Positions 60,318 to 64,000 of a DNA stretch of 64,000 nucleotides are shown here, one piece after another; the stretch's first letter is position 1, and each line of letters begins with the position of its first letter. The notes beneath the pieces are model-generated. The model was given only the letters and a program-made list of their open reading frames with translations, did no database searches and was not told where the DNA came from. Made by a program: the position numbers and the translations under genes. Source of the stretch: Marsupella aquatica (lineage: Eukaryota; Plantae; Marchantiophyta); contig OZ316899.1 in NCBI GenBank assembly GCA_973895155.1, forward strand, positions 8,373,241 through 8,437,240, given 5' to 3'.

Positions 60318-61828
60318 TGTGAGGGACTACCCGGGGCCTTGGGGTGGAGTGAAGTCGCGGAACTCAACTACCTTAACACTTAGCTAGCTCCAGCATCGCT
60401 GACTCCGATGCCAAGCTCCCTTATGGTCCAGGCCCGGATAGGCCATCCGGGGAGGACTTAGCATGGGGATACTTGTGGGCGATGAGACGTGGCACTAGTG
60501 AGGCAAGGAGCCAAGCTGGGGACAGACACTAAGGACTTGGACTAGCTGATAGCTGGTCGAGTCAAGGGGAAATGGGCCGGGCTCAAGGGTGGTCGTCCAG
60601 ACCTCCGGATGGACTTTGAATTCTGGGGGCTTGAGTGTGAGCTCCTCTTGGGCCCAAGGCCAATGGAAGTGACGCCATGGGCAACGGACGCTTGGGGCGC
60701 AAGTTCTGGCCCGATCCGGGTTGGGCCAGTTGGGGGCCCTGAGCGGCGATCAGACCTGAGGGCCTAGGCATGAGCACTGGGTCGGCCCAATCACAATGGG
60801 CTAAGGCACTCCGCTCGCGGATGCCTAACGGGAAAGTTATGGGCGTTGCTAGTTAGTGGCGCGCCCATTATGCGAGATAGGATCCGGGTTGGGGGCCAAA
60901 TGTTTAGGGACCAAAACTGGTCCAGGGGTGGCAGGTCTCCAGAAGCATATATGAGGGGAGTGGTGTCTCCCTGGGGGCTAAGGGCCAGCCAAAGTCGTGA
61001 GCCGCAACGGTCGTGACACTAGGGCAAACCGTCAAACGGAAATGACGATATCTTCCCAACGGGAAGTCCGTTGGAGGACTTCTTGGGTACATTGGAAAGC
61101 TCTAGCCCTCCTGAGATCAACTGGGTATGGGGGCACCATGGGTTATCGTGGTTTGTGGGTGTTAGCTTGCTCGCTTGCCAAATCCTGCCGAACAGCAGCC
61201 AAGCCGCGTTCAGTCTCCCAAGGGAGCTTGCGTTGGGGAGGCAAGGCCAAGTAGGTGTGGAGGTTGAGCTCTAAGGGTGCTTGGCCCCTAGTCCATCAGT
61301 GGGGTGAACCAGGAGTTGGTTGCTAGAATTGGGGCCGTTCTAGTTCCGGCGTGTTGGGACAAGCTTTAGGACAAGCTAAGCTATTTGGGCCATGAGCATG
61401 TCCTGAGGTTAGGGCGGTAAGTTGGTGATGGATAGGAACAAGGGAGAACTCGGGCTGCGCCCAAGGAAGGAGCTATTCTGAACAAACAGTGGGCGTGGGT
61501 TCTAGTTCCGGCTTATGACATCGGGAGGACCTATTGCTGACCTATTTACCAATGTCTGTTGAGCTTGAGTTAGGATGCTAGACTTGGCGAGTTCTAGATC
61601 ATGAAGGTTCACTTACCAAGGTACTTGGTTGCTTGTGCAGATAGTGAGGGCCATTGAGTAGCGGTCGTGTAGGTGATCAAGTGCGGCTTTGTATGGGAGG
61701 GGCCGCGGGTGGTGCAAGGGGCACTAGGGTGCTTGCTCAAGGTATTCCATGAAGACGTTTGGGCACCAAGGGCACTTAGGCGTGAGTGCTAGGATTGGTG
61801 AGGGCGCTGGGTGGCAAGGTCCACCACT
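60318..61828 (+). repeat. 5' LTR (~1.5 kb) of a gypsy element
   Basis: Starts TGTGAGG where LINE sequence stops and is followed by a tRNA-iMet PBS. Exact 3' end uncertain (61826-61828). Confidence 0.65.
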
Positions 61829-61830
61829 TG

Positions 61831-61842
61831 TGGTATCAGAGC
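61831..61842 (+). promoter_or_regulatory. Primer-binding site, tRNA-iMet
   Basis: TGGTATCAGAGC. Confidence 0.9.
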
Positions 61843-61972
61843 GATTGCTGGCATAGACACCGGGCCGGGTTGTGCTAAGTCAGAATCCAAAAATCTTAAT
61901 GGATTTTTGCGGGGACTTAGTGCTTCAATGTGCCCAGCGGGTCGACTGCGGGCAGATTTGGTTGTTGGGAAC

Positions 61973-64000
61973 ATGGCTAAAAACACTCGATCAAAGAGCG
62001 GCAAACAGGCTCCCCCCCACCAAGGGGAGAGCCCAAGTTCAAGATGAACAGAAAGAGGACCGGTCAACTTCCCTAGACGAACATTACAAGTAGGATGAAG
62101 AAGACGCAACGGCCAAACCTTCGACCACTGCGGCAAACACGTCAAGTGCAGAGCGCCGTTGACTTAAAGGGAAGGAGGTGGCCGATCCTTCGGAGGACGG
62201 GTTGGACGATGACAACTCCGACGCAGAAGGAAGCAACGACGATCCTGAAGCTAAATTGGAGGAAGAGGGTCAGGATCCAAAAGAGGAACTGATCTCAACC
62301 TTGAGAGGGTTGAACGCGGAACCAGAGGATGACGTCAAGCTGGAAGTCATCGTGGATAATTTGACCAAGGAAAACCAGGGCAATGCGGGTGATGCCTCAG
62401 CCCCGAGAGGTCATGGTGCTCACAAGACACAGGGGTGTCACCAAAATCCACAAGAGAACCTAAGGACAGGCGACCCGCAAAGGAAAGACGGTTGGAGGAC
62501 CGTCCTCATACAACTCGCAAGGACCCAGCCGCTGAGGACGGTCTGGGTCCGTTGACTCAAGACCAACAACTCATTTATGAGCAGTTGGAACACAACAAGG
62601 GGGCCCAGATTAAGTACTTGCTTAGTCTGGGTAGTCAGAGTGCGACGCATTCCGAGGGGGGAATGGTAGTTGGACGGAGTATGTTCCAAGTGAACCAGCT
62701 ACCGACTCCTCCAACTTACGACGGGGCCTACAAGCAGAGTGGACAAAAGTTCCTGAGTTGGCTCTCCACAATGGAGATTCATCTCCAAGCGTGTGTTGAG
62801 CGTCCCACTTGGGCTACCTCAGCCGCTCCTTACCTAAAGGACTATGCCTTGACTTGGTACAAGTCTTGGAAGAAGTCGCGAGAGGACTCCTCCTTGCCAT
62901 TAACTTGGGAAAACCTGGTTGAGGGACTCCGTGCTCATGTCACCACTAAGTACCCGGAGCGGCACACTCAAAAATGTGTAACGGAGATGAGCTCCAGGGG
63001 TGATATCCAAAAGTTCATCACTTATTACCAAAACCAGTTGGCGTGTATCCCAGCGGGGCAAGAGACCCTACATACACAACTTCACAACTTTATAGTGAAG
63101 CTCCCGCCGTTGCTCAGGGAAAAGTTACAGGAAAAGCGTCATGAGTTCAAAACGCTTTCTGACGCCTTTGACAAGGCCACTACGTTGGTGAATAACCGAC
63201 TGGACTTGGCAAAGGTGGGTGGCAAGGGATCCGAGGGGGAAGTTGGGAAAGCAAAAGGTCCCGGGAACAAGCGTAAGCAACCTGAGGGGGCGGGGGCCGC
63301 TGGTTTGGATCCCCAGCCCCAAAATGGAGAAGCTAAGCGCAACTAGAAGACCGGCAATTTCAAGAAAGGAACCTCATCGGCATAGAAAGCAAAGAAGCAG
63401 GCACTCACGGAGCAAAGGCGGGCTGAAGGTTTGTGCTTCACATGTGGTGCCATGGGCCATCAAAGTAAGGATTGTTCCACAAAAGGTGGCAAGCCAAGCG
63501 GAGATGGTGGAGGGCAGAAGAGCATTAAGGTAAGTATCGCTCTAACTGAACCCTTAGTAGCTAACAAGGTCCCTATAGGGGATGTTCCTGCCGGAGAGAG
63601 GGTGTTGTTGCAAGAGAAGATACCTGAAGTTAAGACAATGGATCCTGAAAAACTGATTTTTGAGAATGTCACTTCTAACGGTAATCTGGGTGTTGCTTTG
63701 GTGGATACAGGCGTGACCGCCTGCTTCATAAGTGGGCAGGCGGCAACACGTCTTGGGGTGGATGTGCAAGAGTTGCTACAACCATTAGTGTGCAAGTCTG
63801 CCAACGACACAAAGGGGATAGTGTTGAGAGTAGTACATAGACTTCGAGTAAAGGTCATAGGCGAACAACAAAATTTTGTTAGTCAGGAGATGTTCTACAT
63901 TCTAGACGGTCTAGCCGTAGACTTCATTTTGTTGGTAGGTTATCTCAGAAAGCACAATGTTATCTTGAAACCGGGGGGTGAGGTGCTCCATTTTCCCAAT
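61973..64000 (+). pseudogene. Ty3/gypsy (chromovirus-type PBS) gag and protease, running off the window, degenerate
   Basis: Capsid KFLSWLSTMEIHL..APYLKDYALTWY..LTWENL. CCHC GLCFTCGAMGHQSKDC. Protease ALVDTGVTACFIS. In-frame TAG stops at 63344 and about 63380. Confidence 0.88.

Overview
Transposon-dense eukaryotic window, almost certainly from a land plant. The TE types suggest a bryophyte or other non-seed plant, but that is inference. Only one intact host gene is present: a 9-exon DHHC protein S-acyltransferase (PAT19-21 type, 41130-47370, minus). The rest is nested and mostly decayed TEs. These are the right half of a CACTA/En-Spm element (1-6075), two related non-chromovirus Ty3/gypsy elements (E1 12807-23092; E2 23093-~31800), a third gypsy pol fragment (10523-12806), a SWIM/MULE-like transposase relic, a PIF/Harbinger relic, a Bianca-like Ty1/copia element with a MITE insertion, a LINE ORF1, and the 5' end of a tRNA-iMet-primed gypsy element. 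Three observations stand out. (1) E1 and E2 have giant LTRs (about 3.8 and 4.7 kb), each containing a homologous accessory protein gene inside the LTR itself. (2) The 5-bp target-site duplication of E2 is split between 23088-23092 and 8152-8156 in opposite orientation, revealing an inversion with deletion. (3) A spliced, recently pseudogenised gene at 8509-10520 encodes a beta-class N4/N6 DNA amino-methyltransferase-like domain, possibly cargo of the SWIM transposon. All alignments and family assignments were made by eye, with no database searches.
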